Source: Nageia nagi
Taxonomy: Eukaryota > Plantae > Pinophyta
DNA length: 64,000 nucleotides
Assembly (NCBI GenBank): GCA_050084985.1
Contig: JBITNC010000001.1
Span: 164,548,001-164,612,000 of the forward strand
Reading direction: 5' to 3'
The position numbers were made by a program, and so were the translations under genes. Of this stretch, positions 61,730 to 64,000 are shown in pieces. How positions within the stretch are numbered: the first letter of the stretch is position 1; every line of letters starts with the position of its first letter. The notes under the pieces were generated by a model that saw only the letters and a program-made list of their open reading frames with translations, made no database searches and was not told the DNA's origin.

Positions 61730-64000
61730 TTTTTGGCTATGTAGGATATGCAAATACTATTTCATGAACTGCAATGATAAGATATGCAAAAAATGGAGTC
61801 TCCACCTTGGGAGCTCTAAAATAAGGTATAGAAATCTATCAAAGAGTATTTGAAAATGATTTTGAATTGAATGTTGTGGTTGTGAATAGCCTGATAAGCA
61901 TGCATGCAAAATATGGAGAATACACATGGCATGATAATTGTATAATAATATGCATGATACAAACATAGTTTCATGAAATGCAATGATCTTTAGGATATGC
62001 ATAAAATAGGTTTTCTAAAAAGTATCTAGATACTTTTAAGTAGATGCAATTATCAGATGTAAAACTATACTTTATAACCTTCCCCAACATTCTTCCAGCA
62101 TGTGCTACCATGGGAGCTCTAAAAGAAGGTATATACATCTGTTAAAGAGTAGTTGAAAATGGTTCTATATAGAATTTTATGGTTATGAATGCCCTTATAG
62201 GCATATATGAAAAAGAAGAATACATAAGTCTAAAGAATTGTTTGAGAAGATGCATGATGTAGATACAATTTCATGGAATGCAATGATTGTAAAATCTACA
62301 ATTCATGGCTATAACAAGGATTCCCTTAAACTCTTTTATCTGATAAAGCACTTGGGAACCAATCCTAATAACATAACTTTTGTATGTGATTTAATTACAT
62401 GCAACCATGCAAGTCTAGTGGATAATAATTATAAATTCTTTAATAATATGAGTGACTCTTATTGCATTATTCCTGAGATGTATCATTATACAATTATGCT
62501 CAAATGATTTAAATATTATCTAAAATTTTAATTATGCTCAAAATTCAAATGATTCAAATATGCTCTACAATTTTGCCAGCACAACATTTGATTTACAAGC
62601 ACCAAGTAGACACATCCATTTGTAGAGAAAATGTTTGAAATATGATTGCCCACTTCAGCATAAATATTTGAAAGTAGAACATAACATGCAACACATTTAG
62701 GCTTCAACAAGAAAAAAAATTATTTCCATAAATTCCCCTATTCTTTCATTTGTTTATAATAATCAAACAAACAATATCATGGACTACTATTATTGGAGGA
62801 TATGAAATTTATGACTACAACAAGGATGCCCTCAAAATTTGATCTAATGAAGCTCTTAGGAGCTACATATTATTTTTATGTTTGACTAAGTGTTACAAGG
62901 ATGTTTTTTCCAACTTACCAATATCATTTTGTAATGTATTATAAGCATATTTCATTAAGTATTACAAGCATGTTATTGGAATGTAGATTTGTTCACTTAG
63001 TGCTTATGGAATTCATAACAACCTGGAGTTTGTAGAATTTTCTTGAGTACAAAGCTTCAAACTATGTTTATCTTTTGATTATTTTCCATGATTCAAATGC
63101 CAACAACTAGGGCATCAAGCCAATGAATACCCCTTAAATTTCATATATAATCAATTAGGGAAGTCTTTAGTCAAAATACCTTAGTTGTTGAATAATGAGT
63201 ACTTTAACTTTAGAGTAACCTTTAGATTCTTTAGGATCATTATGATGTTATTGTGATGAATGATCTTATAGATATGTATGCTAAGTTTGGTATCATTCAT
63301 AAGTAATGTTAACTATTTGACAAAATATATGATGTAAATATAATTTCATAGGTTATAATGTTAACTATTTGACAAGATGCATGATGTAAATATAATTTCA
63401 TTGACTATAATGTTAACTATTTGACAAGATACATGATGTAAATATAATTTCATGGACTATAATGATTGGAGGATATGCAATTCATGGCTATAACAAGGAT
63501 ACTCTTAAACTCTTTGATTTGATAAAGCACTTGGGAACCAACCCTAATAGCATAACCTATGTATGTGTTCTACTTGCATGTAGCCATGCAGGTATAGTGG
63601 TTTAGGACTAAAAATAATTTAATAACATGAGTGACTCTTATTGTATTATTCCTAGGATGAATCATTGTACATGTATTGCTAACCTTATTTGCCATGTAGG
63701 CTATGATGCAAATACAATTTCATGGAATACAAACTATGGAAGAATACAAAAGGCCTAGGAATTATTTGATAATATGCATGATGCAAACATAATTTCATGA
63801 TCTACAATGATTTCATGATATGCACAAAATGGGTTTCTGGAAACAACCATAAGACATGTATGCAAAATGTGGAAGAATAAACAATACTAGGGAATTATTT
63901 GATAAGATGCATTATGCAAAGATAGTTTTATGGTCTATAATATTGCAAGATACAAATAAGATTGGGTTTTATAAAAATTACCTAAGATATTTATGAAAAA
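61730..64000 (+). pseudogene. Degenerate, internally duplicated PLS-class PPR pseudogene(s)
   Basis: FEKMHDVDTISWNAMI...IHGYNKDSLKLF..IKHLGTNPNNITFVC.L..C.HA.LVD....FFNNMSDSYCIIP.M.HY at 62238-62490, repeated at ~63430-63680. TFPNILPACATMGAL at ~62077-62120. Many stops and frameshifts. Confidence 0.88.
63305..63462 (+). repeat. 52-bp tandem triplication inside the PPR pseudogene
   Basis: aatgttaactatttgacaa.at..atgatgtaaatataatttcat starts at 63305, 63357 and 63409. Confidence 0.9.

Overview
AT-rich, repeat-saturated eukaryotic plant DNA. The PLS-class PPR style, the TE families and a very large intron suggest a gymnosperm/conifer, which is an inference. There is one apparently intact host gene: the 3' part of a plant universal stress protein (USP-A, PHOS32/PHOS34-like) at 2-365. 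It ends in a perfect splice donor and joins in frame to a candidate terminal exon at 40095-40174, which implies a ~39.7 kb intron. That intron holds nested TEs: three related giant solo LTRs (6.1, 3.2 and 2.8 kb) with arrays of palindromic repeats, two of which also carry their own ORF; an 11.5 kb non-autonomous Gypsy element with paired LTRs, PBS and PPT that carries captured PPR fragments plus three nested insertions; hAT derivatives; and interleaved inverted repeats. Past ~40.6 kb the DNA is heavily decayed intergenic sequence: a Tat/Ogre-like gag-protease remnant with an antisense plant-mobile-domain remnant, two SINE copies, a CACTA element (TnpD plus a ~240-bp tandem array), a TSD-bounded L1 LINE with an extra third ORF inserted in that array, and a scrambled PPR pseudogene. 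All calls come from reading the sequence by eye; no database searches were run.
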